A stretch of 22,033 bases of DNA from Okamejei kenojei (lineage: Eukaryota): NCBI GenBank assembly GCA_035221665.1. It is one part of the record CM069157.1 of this genome. One strand, given 5' to 3'. Both the position numbers and the translations under genes were made by a program. The notes beneath the pieces were generated by a model. The model was not told the DNA's origin and ran no database searches. It saw nothing but the letters and a program-made list of their open reading frames with translations. The first letter of the stretch is position 1. Every line of letters starts with the position of its first letter. This document shows, in pieces, positions 8,676-19,194 of this stretch.

Positions 8676-8884
8676 CGTGGACAGATGATGTTTCGAGTCG
8701 GGACCCTTCTTCAGACTGACGGGGGGGGGGGGGGGGGGGTGGGGGAGAGCTGGGAAAGAGGTGAGGGTGGGACAAAGCTTGGCGAGTGATGGGGTCTGAA
8801 GAAGGGTCTCGACCTGAAACGTCACCTATCCATGTTCTCCACAGATGCTGCCTGACCCGCTGAGTTACTCCAGCACTCTGTGTG
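8676..8884. mobile_element. Penelope-like pLTR inverted pair with two hammerhead-like cores
   Basis: Minus core 8687-8714 (CTGAAGA AGGGTCCCGACTC GAAACATC) and plus core 8796-8823, followed by the gatgctgcctgacccgctgagttactccagc tail. Confidence 0.7.
8788..8830 (+). ncRNA. Candidate minimal type I hammerhead ribozyme
   Basis: GAUGGGGU-CUGAAGA-A-GGGUCUCGACCU-GAAA-C-GUC^ACCUAUC: intact core, stem II hairpin, palindromic ACGU stem III, and a 7-bp stem I with one bulge. Activity is untested. Confidence 0.55.
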
Positions 8885-9259
8885 CATCTTCGGGCTTCAC
8901 GGAGTGTCCTGTTTCTGCTCAGTGTCCTCTCCCCGGGAATGGATGGGAGCTCAGGCCGAGCTGGCGAGGAGCGGCTTCGCTGGAGTAGCTTCGGGAAACG
9001 CTCTGACTTAACCTAAAACCCCCTTCCACATTCCTCATCTGTGCAACGTGAAGCGTGTATGGGCAGGGGCCCTGGCTGTCGGCGAGGGGTTGGAGAGAGC
9101 GCTGGTTAATTCTGTGTCAGACAGAGGCAGGCAACGTGTTTACTCTCAGGGTCAGAAGGATTTGAAACTTCCTCTCTCTGTCTCTCGCAAGTCGTTAGAA
9201 GCAGAAACACTGAATGTGTTAAAGGTGGAAAGTGAGATTGTCCACAAGGTGATGATGAG

Positions 9260-9945
9260 TTCATAGGTCATGGGAACAGAATTAAGCCATTCGGCCCAAG
9301 TCTACTCCACCATTCAATCATGGCTGATCTATCTCTCCCTCCTAACCCCATTCTCCTGCCTTCTCCCCATAACCCCTGACACCCGTATTAATTAAGAATC
9401 TGTCAACTTAAAATGTTCCGTCTGTGGCGATGAATTCCACAGATTCACCACCCTCTGACTAAAGAAATTCGTCCTCACCTCCTTTCTGAAAGCACATCCT
9501 TTTTATTCTGAGGCCTCTGGTCCTGGACTCTCCCAGTCAGAGTCAGAGTCATCCAGCACAGAAACAGGCCCTTTGGCCCAACTCGCCCACACCGCCCAAC
9601 ATGTCCCAGCTACACTAGTCCCACTTGCCTGCGCCTGGTCCATATCCCTCCAAACCCGTCCTATCCATGTACCTGTCCAAATGTTTCTGTAACGTTGGGA
9701 TAGTCCCAGTCTCGCCTACCTCATCTGGCAGCTCGTTCCATACACCCGCCACCCTCTGCGTGAAAAAGTTACCTATAAAATCTATATATTTTAAATCTAT
9801 AAAATCTATATTTTATAAATCTATAAAATCGGATTCCTATAAAATCTTTTCCCCTTCACCTTGAACCTGTGTCCAGTGGTCATCGATTCCCCTACTCTGG
9901 GCAAGAGACTGTGTGCATCTGCCCGATCTATTCCTCTCATGATCT
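9260..9945 (-). mobile_element. Two CR1-like LINE 3' fragments
   Basis: Reverse complement of the CR1 ORF2 end and tails (gaattccacagattcaccaccctctg; gaaacaggccctttggccc...tctggcagctcgttcca). Confidence 0.78.
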
Positions 9946-10179
9946 TTCCTCTTTCTCTCTGGAGACGCGGTCCAGGATGTGGAAGAGTTGCTGCATTTAT
10001 TGACAGTGCCTGGATGTCGTGTTGAGACTGGCACTTCCTATTTCAGCAGATCACCAAGTGCCCATGGGGGAACTGAAACCCCTCGCGTTTCCCCGGTCAT
10101 TCAGTTAAAGTGACGCAAGCATTCACCACCTTCCGCATATCGTGCAAAATATTCATGTACAATGAAACTTACGGAATAA

Positions 10180-10530
10180 TGAAGGACACAGATAGAGTGG
10201 ATGTGGAGAGGATGTTTCCGCTGGTGGGAGAGTCTAGGACCAGAGGGCACAGCCTCAGAATTAAAGGGCGCTCTTTTAGAAGGTGAGGAGGAACTTCTTT
10301 AGTCAGAGGGTATTTAATCTGTGGAACTCATTGCCACAGAGGGCTGCGGAGGCCAAGTCAGTGGATATTTTTAAGGCAGAGACAGATAGATTCTTGATTA
10401 GAATGGGTGTCAATGGTTGTGGGGAGAAGGCAGGAAAATGGGATTCGGAGGCGGAGATCAGCCAAGATTGAATGGTGGAGTGGACTCGATGGGTCTAATT
10501 CTGCTCCTTATAACTTGTGAACTTGTGAAC
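10180..10530 (+). mobile_element. CR1-like LINE 3' fragment
   Basis: RRNFFSQRVFNLWNSLPQRAAEAKSVDIFKAETDRFLI matches the CR1 ORF2 C-terminus. Confidence 0.82.
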
Positions 10531-11159
10531 AATATTTGCCAACGCACTATCTCCAGAGATATGAATGTTGGATTATTATCGCCACGTGTACCCATATACA
10601 GTGTTTGCGTGCTCTCCAGTGAAGCCATGCCATACACAAGTACAGGGAGAGCAGAGAGAAAAATACCACAGTGCGGAATATGGTGTAGCAGCGTTAGAGT
10701 GTCACAGTCACAGATTCCTCTTCACCCAGAGGCTGGTCCACATCTGCACCAGCTGGTCCACATCTGCACCAGCTGCCAAAGGAAGCTTCCGAAGCTTTGA
10801 CATTAGGACAGATATCTGGATAGGAAGGGTTGAGAGATATTTGCCCAGTGGAGATGGGGGCTACCCTTGAATTTATGGGGGGGGGGGGGGGGGGGGGGGG
10901 GGTGTTTGGTAGTGTGATACAATGTGGAAGAAGCTATTCATAAGGTCAGAAGACAGGAGCCGAATTAGGTCATTCAGAGATGGGGGGGAGAGATTTTATT
11001 TCCATGCGTTTTGTTGCTTTCAAATAATTTTAGTGATTAAGTTTTAAGTTGTGAAGCAGTGTTGACAATATTTGTCGTTCTTTAACAGATCCCGAGTGTC
11101 AGTGACTGAGTGTCGGGCGGTCAGTAACAATTACTTCTGCCCGGGACCCTCACACTGAC

Positions 11160-11645
11160 CCGCCCCTCCCCAACCCCCCCCTCCACCCCCATCCCCACTC
11201 CTCCAGGCACCCTCTACCCTCCCCCCTGCCCCTCCCCACCCCCTGCCCCTCCCAACACCAAATAACCCCACTCTCACCAGGGGTGGCGTTTGACAGAGGC
11301 CCGGTTTGACATCGCCGAGGGGCTGTCTTCAATGCTGCTCCCCCCCTCTGCTCCCCCACCCACCCACTCCCCCTCCCCCCCCTCTGCTCCCCCACCCACC
11401 CACTCCCCCTCCCCCCCCTCTGCTCCCCCACCCATTCCACTCCCCCTCCCCCCCCTCTGCTCCCCCACCCACCCACTCCCCCTCCCCCCCTCTGCTCCCC
11501 CACCCACCCACTCCCCCTCCCCCCCCCCCCCTCTGCTCCCCCACCCACCCACTCCCCCTCCCCCCTCTGCTCCCCCACCCACTCCACTCCCCCTCCCCAC
11601 CCCTCCCCCACCCCTCCCCCCCCACCCTCCCTCCCCCCCCACGCC
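11160..11645 (+). repeat. C-rich minisatellite (about 33-36 bp unit CCCCCCTCTGCTCCCCCACCCACCCACTCCCCCT) and flanking C-rich tract
   Basis: The repeated unit is directly visible from about 11340 to 11600. Confidence 0.88.
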
Positions 11646-12034
11646 CCGCTGCCCAGGATGTCACCGCTGTCTCCCCACCTGTCCCAACTCTCTAACACGT
11701 CTCACCGCTGTAACATCCCAGGGTTTCCCAAACGCCTGACACTATTGCTGATGAGTCGTGTGGAACCTCCAAAGATCACTCTGAGTTGTGACATACCCGT
11801 GCGGGAGGTGCGGTGTGTTGAACGTCGCTCTCTGACCCCACACTAACTCAGAGCCGCCTCTCTGTCTCCCTTTGTTTTTAACCAGCGTTGAGAACCTCTA
11901 CCGATATCAAAGCACCGAGTGAGTAACTGAGCCGTCGGGAACAGGTCTGCTATTGCATCATTGCCTGGTCTCAAGCTTTGCTCCAAACCTGCACTCCCTT
12001 CCCTTGGACAACTGGACACTACCAAAGCTTTGGA

Positions 12035-12400
12035 CACACGAGGAACTGCAGATGCTGGAATCTGGAACAAAACACAAAGTACTGGAGGAAGATAAGGCAC
12101 CAAGTGCTGGAGTAACTCAGCGGGTCAGGCAGTATCTGTGGAGAAAAGGAATGGGTGGCGTTTCTGGTCCAGACCCTTCATCAGACTGGTCCGACTGGTT
12201 CATCAGTCAGTCTGAAGAAGGGTCTCGACCTGAAACGTCACCTATTCCTTTTCTCCACAGACACTGCTTGACCCACTGAGTTACTCCAGCTTTCTGTGTG
12301 TATCTTTGGTGTAAACCAGCACCTGCAGTTCCTTCCTTCACAAAGTGCTGGAGGAATTGGACGGGTCAGGCAGCGTCTGTGGAGGGCATGGACGGAGGAG
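12035..12400. mobile_element. Penelope-like pLTR fold-back with opposed hammerhead-like cores
   Basis: 83-nt inverted arms 12106-12188 and 12208-12290; cores at 12157-12184 (minus, GCC triplet) and 12212-12239 (plus, intact). Confidence 0.72.
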
Positions 12401-12669
12401 GTTTCTACAGACAAGTCTGTCCTTCGTCCACTCTCGCTGTCCTGGCCCTGACTGTTCCCCAGTTGTCCAACTCGCCCCCACTCTGCACAGCTTGGTTGAA
12501 GAAATGTCCCAGCCTCTACTGGAGTGACGTTGCCAAGCATTGTCTGTGCTTCTCCCTATCTGTGGCCAGCTGTGACTGGACTGTGTAGACCACTGTAACA
12601 GGGACCGTTCGGCCCTCTAGCCCCTGCTGTCATTGAATGAGATCCATCCATTGTCCATCGCTCCCATTA

Positions 12670-12880
12670 AGTCATAGGTTCTAGGAGCAGAATTAGGCCA
12701 TTCCGCCCATCAAGTCTACTCCGCCATTCAATCATGGCAGATGTATCTTTCCCTCTCGACCACATTCTCCCGCCTCCTCCCCATAACCCCTGACACCCGC
12801 ACTGATCAAGAATCCGTCCATCTCCGCCTTTTAAATACCCATTGACGGCCTCCACCGCCGTCTGTGGCCGTGAATTCCAG
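12670..12880 (-). mobile_element. CR1-like LINE 3' fragment
   Basis: Reverse complement of the family at 10180-10530. Confidence 0.75.
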
Positions 12881-13224
12881 AGTGCTTGCTGTGATTTGGG
12901 TTTGTGGGGTTGGTGTTGAGGAAGGGAACATCCAGGTGACGGGGACCCAGAACATCCTCCATCTCCCTCCTCGCCCACGGGCTCCAGGCCTTGGTTCATG
13001 CACGTTGCCTGGAACGTGGCATTAGTGCTCAGCATGTCGCTTCAATGTCACCTTGAAATCTCCATGTTGTCATTACGTACATCACTGAGAATCCCCACGT
13101 GATGAATTTGTAAACACCAACCCAGCAACATGAACCCCCCTCTGTGGAAACTCATCCCATCCAATCATTTCATCTTCATTACATCAAGTCTTATGTTGTG
13201 GATTCACCATCTTCAACACCAGAC

Positions 13225-13315
13225 TCCTGAAGAACGGTCTCGATCTGAAACGTCACCTATCCACGTTCTCCACAGATGCTGCCTGACCCGCTGAGTTACT
13301 CCAGCACTCTGTGTC
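13225..13315 (+). mobile_element. Penelope-like pLTR fragment with a hammerhead-like core
   Basis: CTGAAGA ACGGTCTCGATCT GAAACGTC (13227-13254) plus the family tail. Confidence 0.65.
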
Positions 13316-13903
13316 CGTCTTCACTAAAACTGCAGCTACTGTCGAGCATCACGCTTCTTGAAACTGCTTCAGCCCTCCTCTGCCTGAGATCTACGCGTGT
13401 TCCTATGCCTGTTGTGTTTAATGCAGGAGGGTGAGGAGAGGGACGAGCTGGAACCAATCTTATAATCTGTTCATCGTCTCGGAGCTTTTAATGTTCCTTC
13501 TAAGCATTAAATGTCTCGAAAAAGCTGAACTTTGTGCGTCACAGAATTCAAACTTGTTTATGTTTCTATATCAAGAGAATCAAGAGTGTTCTGTTGTCAT
13601 GTGTCCCAGATAGAACAATGACATTCTCGCTCGCAGCAGCAACGCCACATACTACAATATGATAAACGAGAGAGAGAAATAAAAGTTTGTATATACATAT
13701 ACTCACATAATTTATTTATATACACACATAGTCAAAAAACAAAGAATAATAGTGCAAAACAATAATATGAATCGTCTATTGTAGTTCAGAGCTGACATCT
13801 TATGACAGAGCTTATATCTGACAATGTCTAGAATGTGTGGCCATTGTCTGCATTCCCCAAATGAACGTTCCATCTTCTCGATGTGTTCTCTTCTCTTTTC
13901 CAG

Positions 13904-14012
13904 ATTTACAGGGTCTTCAGGGACGATCACTATCAAATGTAAAGACTTCTGCATCTGGCACCTGGAGATACCAGGGATGGACGAGTGCCTGAACATTGCC
14001 AACTCCATTGAG
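13904..14012 (+). CDS. MTMR9L: Myotubularin-related protein 9-like, coding exon 2
   Basis: Acceptor ttttccag; FTGSSGTITIKCKDFCIWHLEIPGMDECLNIANSIE; donor gtatgc; 109 nt, phase compatible. Confidence 0.93.
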
Positions 14013-14390
14013 GTATGCAATGTTGAATGGATGCTCAGGTCCCACAGTCACCACAACCCCAACCCCCACACACGGGGGGCGGCGGGGGGAGGTTGGGGTG
14101 GGGAGACACGGAATCTGGTCACTGCACTTCACAGAGTAGTGGAGGGAACCAGGAGGAGATGAGCGGTGCTGGCTCAAAGGGCCGAATGGCCTCCTCCTCC
14201 ACCTATTTTCTATGTGCTGACACGTAGTTCCCTCTCCCTTCCACACACTCTGGGCTGGCTGTGGAGTACAAAGCTGCCACAGGGAACTGTGTATGCATCT
14301 CTGCCCCCAGTTCCAAGGGTCTAGCTTTATTAATGTGCTGCTTCTAACACCCATCCTTCCTGTTCATTATCACAAATGGGCCCCATCATT

Positions 14391-14642
14391 GGCAGTCCCA
14401 GTGGCGCAACGGCAGAGTTGCTGCCTTACAGCGCTTGCTGCACCGGGTGCTGTCTGTAGCGTTTGTACCTTCACCCCGTCATCGCGTGGGGTTGTGACGT
14501 GCAGGTTTGTAGGTTAATTGGTTTGTAAAATCAAATTGTCCCTAGTGTGTGTAGGATGGTGTCAATGTGCGGGGATCGCTGGTTAGCGCAGACTCGGTGG
14601 GACAAAGGGCCTGTTTCCGTGCTGTATCTCTAAACTAAACTA
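14391..14642 (+). mobile_element. V-SINE (internally deleted)
   Basis: Head gtggcgcaacggcagagttgctgcc, then gcaggtttgtaggttaattgg, tail gggcctgtttccgtgctgtatctctaaactaaac. Confidence 0.78.
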
Positions 14643-15248
14643 GAACCCAGAGAGCAGATCTCAGGGGCTGGTAGACACAGGGACGCCACCTCTGAAAATT
14701 AAGTAGAATAAATGAGATTATTTAGTTTAGAAATCATTGTTCCAAGGCAGAGAGCCAATGGTAAAGGAGGTAGGTGGGTGGATGGGCAGCTAACGGGCAT
14801 GTTCTATGTCCAGCGGAAGTTGTTAAAGACTTTCTCTGTGTTCCGCTTCACGGGAGATAGCAGGGTTGGGGTGGGGACGGCTGGGGGGAAAGATTGTGCA
14901 CATTGGCCCATTACAGGAAGGATGTGGAGGCAGAAGAAATCTAACAGAAGTCTAACACAATGCAAGATACATCCTCAACTGTAACTCATCTCACCGCTCC
15001 CCCTGTCCCTCGACCGTGTAACCGCTTGTCTCTGGTGCAGTCTTAGGGGGCTTCTTTGCCGCAACTGTATTCCATAGACGTACGTGTTTGGTATAATTGT
15101 ACATTGGCCCAAGTGTGCAGGATAGTACTGGTGTACGGGGATCGCTGGTCGGTGCGGACTCGGTGGGCCGAAGAGCCTGTTTCCATGCCGTAGCTCCAAA
15201 CGAAACTAAGGTGAACTAAAGTGCCTTGTGTTGTGGTTTGGATTGCAG

Positions 15249-15374
15249 GCACTGCTGTCACTGGAGTCCGTCGCTCACACCTACCCCTTCTTCTACCGGC
15301 CAAAGCTGCTGCGACTGCAGGAAGGCTGGGACCTGTGCAGCCCCGAGGACCACTACACCCAACTCTCCTCCCAC
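15249..15374 (+). CDS. MTMR9L: Myotubularin-related protein 9-like, coding exon 3
   Basis: Acceptor ttgcag; ALLSLESVAHTYPFFYRPKLLRLQEGWDLCSPEDHYTQLSSH (YPFFYRP motif); donor gttagt; 126 nt. Confidence 0.92.
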
Positions 15375-15469
15375 GTTAGTCCGTCACTCAACCTCCAAAT
15401 AACCCCACCTATCCACGCCTCCACTCATGCCCACGCCTCTGCAGGACAGGGGAGAAATATGAAACTGGC

Positions 15470-16070
15470 CTGGATAGAGTGGATGTGGGAGAGTCTTAGG
15501 GCCAGGGGTCACAGCCTCGGAATTAAAGGTCCTTCCTTTAGAAAGGAGATGAGGAGGAATTTCTTTAGCCAAAGGGTGGTGAATTTGTGGAATTCATTGC
15601 CACAGCCGGCTGTGGAGGCCAAGTCAGTGGGTATTTTTTATGCAGAGCTAGATAGATTCTTGATTTGTACGGGTGTCAGAGGTCATGGGGAGAAGGCGGG
15701 AGAATGGGGTTGGGAGGGAGAGATAGATCAGCCATGATTGAATGGCAGAGTAGACTTGAACTAAATAAGAATTTGCAAGATATTTGAGCAGATATACGGA
15801 TGGGAAGGGTTTTGATGTCTGTTGGGCAAACGCAGGCAAGTGGGACTAGGGTAGAGAATTCTAAAACTAGAGGGCATGGGATTAAGTGAGAGGGGAGAGA
15901 TTGGAGAGGGACTACAGGGGTAACTTTTCACTCAGAGGGTGGTTCATATGTGGAACGAGCTGCCAGAGGAAGCTATTGAAGCAGGTGCAATTACAAGGCA
16001 TTTGGACAGATATATGGGCAGGAAGGGTTTGTCGGGATAGGGGCATGATGTGGGGAGGTGGGACTGGCCC
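15470..16070 (+). mobile_element. CR1-like LINE 3' fragments (several)
   Basis: RGHSLGIKGPSFRKEMRRNFFSQRVVNLWNSLPQPAVEAKS, followed by a second degenerate copy. Confidence 0.78.
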
Positions 16071-16130
16071 AGAATGCAAACTCATTTACTGTTTTATATT
16101 TAATTAGCTGTCATTTCTTTCCTCCTGTAG

Positions 16131-16304
16131 ACGGACAGGTGGAGGCTCAGTTATGTGAACAAGGACTTCAGCGTGTGCACGAGCTACCCCACGGCCGTGA
16201 TCGTCCCCAGCACCACCGACGATGCCATGCTGAGGATTGCAGCCACGTTTAGGCACGGTGGCCGTTTCCCGGTGCTGTGTTACTGGCACCAGAGGACCCG
16301 CATG
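16131..16304 (+). CDS. MTMR9L: Myotubularin-related protein 9-like, coding exon 4
   Basis: Acceptor cctgtag; TDRWRLSYVNKDFSVCTSYPTAVIVPSTTDDAMLRIAATFRHGGRFPVLCYWHQRTRM; donor gtgaga; 174 nt. Confidence 0.94.
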
Positions 16305-16374
16305 GTGAGACACCCCCACATCATGCCCAACCCAGCAGCGCCAGGCCTGGTGTGGGGCAGTCTGTACAACCACC

Positions 16375-16665
16375 GCCACTCAGCTCCAGGGACCCAGGTT
16401 CAATCCTGACCTCGGACGCTGTCTGTGTGGAGTTTGCACATTCCCCCTGGGACTGCATTGGGCTTCTCTCCGGCGCTCCTGTTTCCTCCACATCCCAGAG
16501 ACGGGCGGGAGGTGGGCTCGCTTGTCCCGAGTGTGCGGGGAGTTGATGGGTATGTGCGGAGAATGAAATGGGATCAGTGTAAGATGAGTGTGAATGGGTG
16601 CCTGGTGGTCAGCACGGACCTGATGGGCTGAAGGGCCTGTTTCAAAGCTGTGTGATACTAAACTA
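16375..16665 (+). mobile_element. V-SINE-related SINE (variant subfamily)
   Basis: B-box-like ggttcaatcc, gctgtctgtgtggagtttgcac, V core tctccggcgctcctgtttcctcc, tail gggctgaagggcctgtttc. Confidence 0.7.
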
Positions 16666-16815
16666 GAAGGTGGAGCGAACATTGCAGAAACAGGTAAACA
16701 CGAAATTGGTGGAAGGAGAAATTAAATTAAATGAAATGAACTCAGAATACAAACTCTGGTTTCATATGTGGTTATAATGTTGTCAGAGCCACCAGTCAGC
16801 TCCGTGGCTCCGTCA

Positions 16816-17119
16816 GTTTGGTTTAGATTGGAGATACAGTGCAAATACAGGCCCTTCGGCCCACCCAGTCCACACTGACCAGCAATCCCTGCATATTAAC
16901 ACCACCCTACACACATTAGGGACAATTAACATTCATACCAAGCCAAATAATCTACAAACCTGCACGTTTTGGGAGTGTGGGAGAAAACCGGAGCACCCGG
17001 AAAAAACACATGCAGATCACGGGGAGAACGTACAAACTCTGTACATGACAGCAGCCGTAGTCAGGATCGAACCCGGGTCTCTGGGGCTGTGCGGCAGCAG
17101 CTCCACCACCGTGCCGCCC
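16816..17119 (-). mobile_element. V-SINE, near full length
   Basis: Reverse complement with head, B box (GGTTCGATCC), V core and CR1-like tail. Confidence 0.8.
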
Positions 17120-17516
17120 ATAGTTGCCCCTAAAGTGTTGAGTTAAGTTTATTGTCACGTGTACCGAGGTACAGTGAGGAACAGAGAGACTCGGGGATCC
17201 CTGAAAGAGGATGGAGGGGTGAAGACGGCGTCTGGCATGCGGGCCCTCAGGAGTTGCAGCAGAGATGATAAACGTTTGGTCAGTAAGTTGCAACTTTACA
17301 AAGTACAGTTTTGGCCACAGTGGACAATGGTGTGAGGTGCAGTGCAGCAGACTGGGAGAATCTGGACACAGTGCAGAGCAAAGATACTAGAGCAAGCAGA
17401 GGAGGTGTCCAGGTCCAATGATTCAATGATGCTCTGCAGTCACATGTACTGAGGTACAGTGAGACTTGGCTTTGCAGACAGCTCGTTACAATCACGTGGC
17501 AGACCTCTCCGGGGCA

Positions 17517-17650
17517 GCACGCACACGCACATGTACACGCACACGCACATGTACACGCACACGCACACACACGCACATGTACACGCACACGCACATGTAC
17601 ACACACACACACGCACGCACGCACACACACACGCACATGTACACGTACAC
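17517..17650 (+). repeat. (CA/CG)n compound microsatellite with a CACGCACATGTA unit, running into an assembly gap
   Basis: Directly visible alternating purine-pyrimidine tract. Confidence 0.9.
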
Positions 17651-17887
17651 NNNNNNNNNNNNNNNNNNNNNNNNNNNNNNNNNNNNNNNNNNNNNNNNNN
17701 NNNNNNNNNNNNNNNNNNNNNNNNNNNNNNNNNNNNNNNNNNNNNNNNNNNNNNNNNNNNNNNNNNNNNNNNNNNNNNNNNNNNNNNNNNNNNNNNNNNN
17801 NNNNNNNNNNNNNNNNNNNNNNNNNNNNNNNNNNNNNNNNNNNNNNNNNNNNNNNNNNNNNNNNNNNNNNNNNNNNNNNNNNNNNNN
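17651..17887. other. Assembly gap (237 N)
   Basis: Run of N. Confidence 1.
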
Positions 17888-17937
17888 TGGGGTTGGGGTG
17901 TGGGGCGGAGTGTCTGACCCCAGCCTCTGTCCTGCAG

Positions 17938-18155
17938 GTGATTCTCAGGAGCAGCCAGCCACTGACGGGTGTGAATGGGAAGAGGTGCGTGGAAGATGAG
18001 GGGGTGCTGGCGGCTGCCCTCCGGCCCGGGGAAGTGGGGTTCATCATCGACACCCGCTCTCTGCAGGCGGCGCTGCAGGCCAGGGTCAGGGGCGGAGGCC
18101 TGGAGAACAAAGTGAACTACCCCAACTGGAGGAAGCTGCACAGACCCATGGAGAG
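17938..18155 (+). CDS. MTMR9L: Myotubularin-related protein 9-like, coding exon 5
   Basis: Acceptor cctgcag; VILRSSQPLTGVNGKRCVEDE...GFIIDTRS...GGGLENKVNYPNWRKLHRPMER; donor gtgagg; 218 nt. Confidence 0.94.
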
Positions 18156-18308
18156 GTGAGGGGGGGGGGGGGGGGGGGAGGTTGGGGAGGGGAGTTGGGG
18201 AGACTCGGGATCTGGTCACTACAGGAAGTGCAGGTACAGTTTTGGGGGGGTGGGGGGAGAGACTACGGGAGGTTACTCTGGTTGCAGTAAAATTGGAAAT
18301 CGTCCCCA

Positions 18309-18733
18309 GTGTGTGTACGAGGGTGCCAGTGTGTACGAGGGTGCCAGTGTGTACGAGGGTGCCAGTGTGTACAAGGGTGCCAGTGTGTACAAGGGTGCCA
18401 GTGTGTACGAGGGTGCCAGTGTACAAGGGTGCCAGTGTGTACAAGGGTGCCAGTGTACGAGGGTGCCAGTGTACAAGGGTGCCAGTGTACGAGGGTGCCA
18501 GTGTACGAGGGTGCCAGTGTGTACGAGGGTGCCAGTGTACAAGGGTGCCAGTGTGTACGAGGGTGCCAGTGTGTACAAGGGTGCCAGTGTGTACGAGGGT
18601 GCCAGTGTGTACGAGGGTGCCAGTGTGTACGAGGGTGCCAGTGTGTACGAGGGTGCCAGTGTGTACGAGGGTGCCAGTGTGTACGAGGGTGCCAGTGTAC
18701 AAGGGTGCCAGTGTGTACGAGGGTGCTGCCAGT
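18309..18733 (+). repeat. Minisatellite of 18/16-bp units (GT)GTGTACRAGGGTGCCA, roughly 24 copies
   Basis: Head-to-tail units without spacers in intron 5. Confidence 0.95.
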
Positions 18734-18820
18734 GTGGGTGGTGGTTGCTGGTGGGGGGTGGGTGGACACGGTGTGAAAGGGCCTGTTTCCGTGCTGTATC
18801 TGTGTAATGTTGCTCTGCAG

Positions 18821-18982
18821 GGGCCGGGGGCTGCAGGAGAGCCTGGTGAAGCTGCTCGATGCCTGTAATGACCCGTCCAACAGTGTGGACCGCTGGCTCA
18901 GCAAACTGGAGGCATGCCGCTGGCTGGAGCACGTCAAGACCCTGCTCACCACCGCCTGCCTGGTGGCACAGTGTGTGGACAG
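18821..18982 (+). CDS. MTMR9L: Myotubularin-related protein 9-like, coding exon 6
   Basis: Acceptor ctctgcag; GRGLQESLVKLLDACNDPSNSVDRWLSKLEACRWLEHVKTLLTTACLVAQCVDR; donor gtgggg; 162 nt. Confidence 0.93.
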
Positions 18983-19194
18983 GTGGGGTACGCCACGTGT
19001 ATGCTGGGGGGAGAGGGGGTGCAGGGGAGAGGGAGTACAGGGGAGACAGAGGGTGCAGGGGGCTCAGTACCGTCCCCTTCCCTCAATGCAGTGCGTGGAT
19101 AGGTGGGGCACGCTGCGGGCATGGGAGGTGCTGGGTGAGGATGGGTGCCATGGATGGGTGATGGGTGCTGATGTGATGGGTGCTCTGTGTGCAG

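Noticed and set aside
10732-10775. 20-bp direct duplication gctggtccacatctgcacca
   Set aside because: Local slippage inside a decayed CR1 fragment with no sign of function.
18182-18952. Repetitive ORFs in all six frames; CRISPR-like appearance of the 18-mer array
   Set aside because: Head-to-tail minisatellite with no unique spacers and no cas genes, in a eukaryotic intron; frames are open only because the unit lacks stops.
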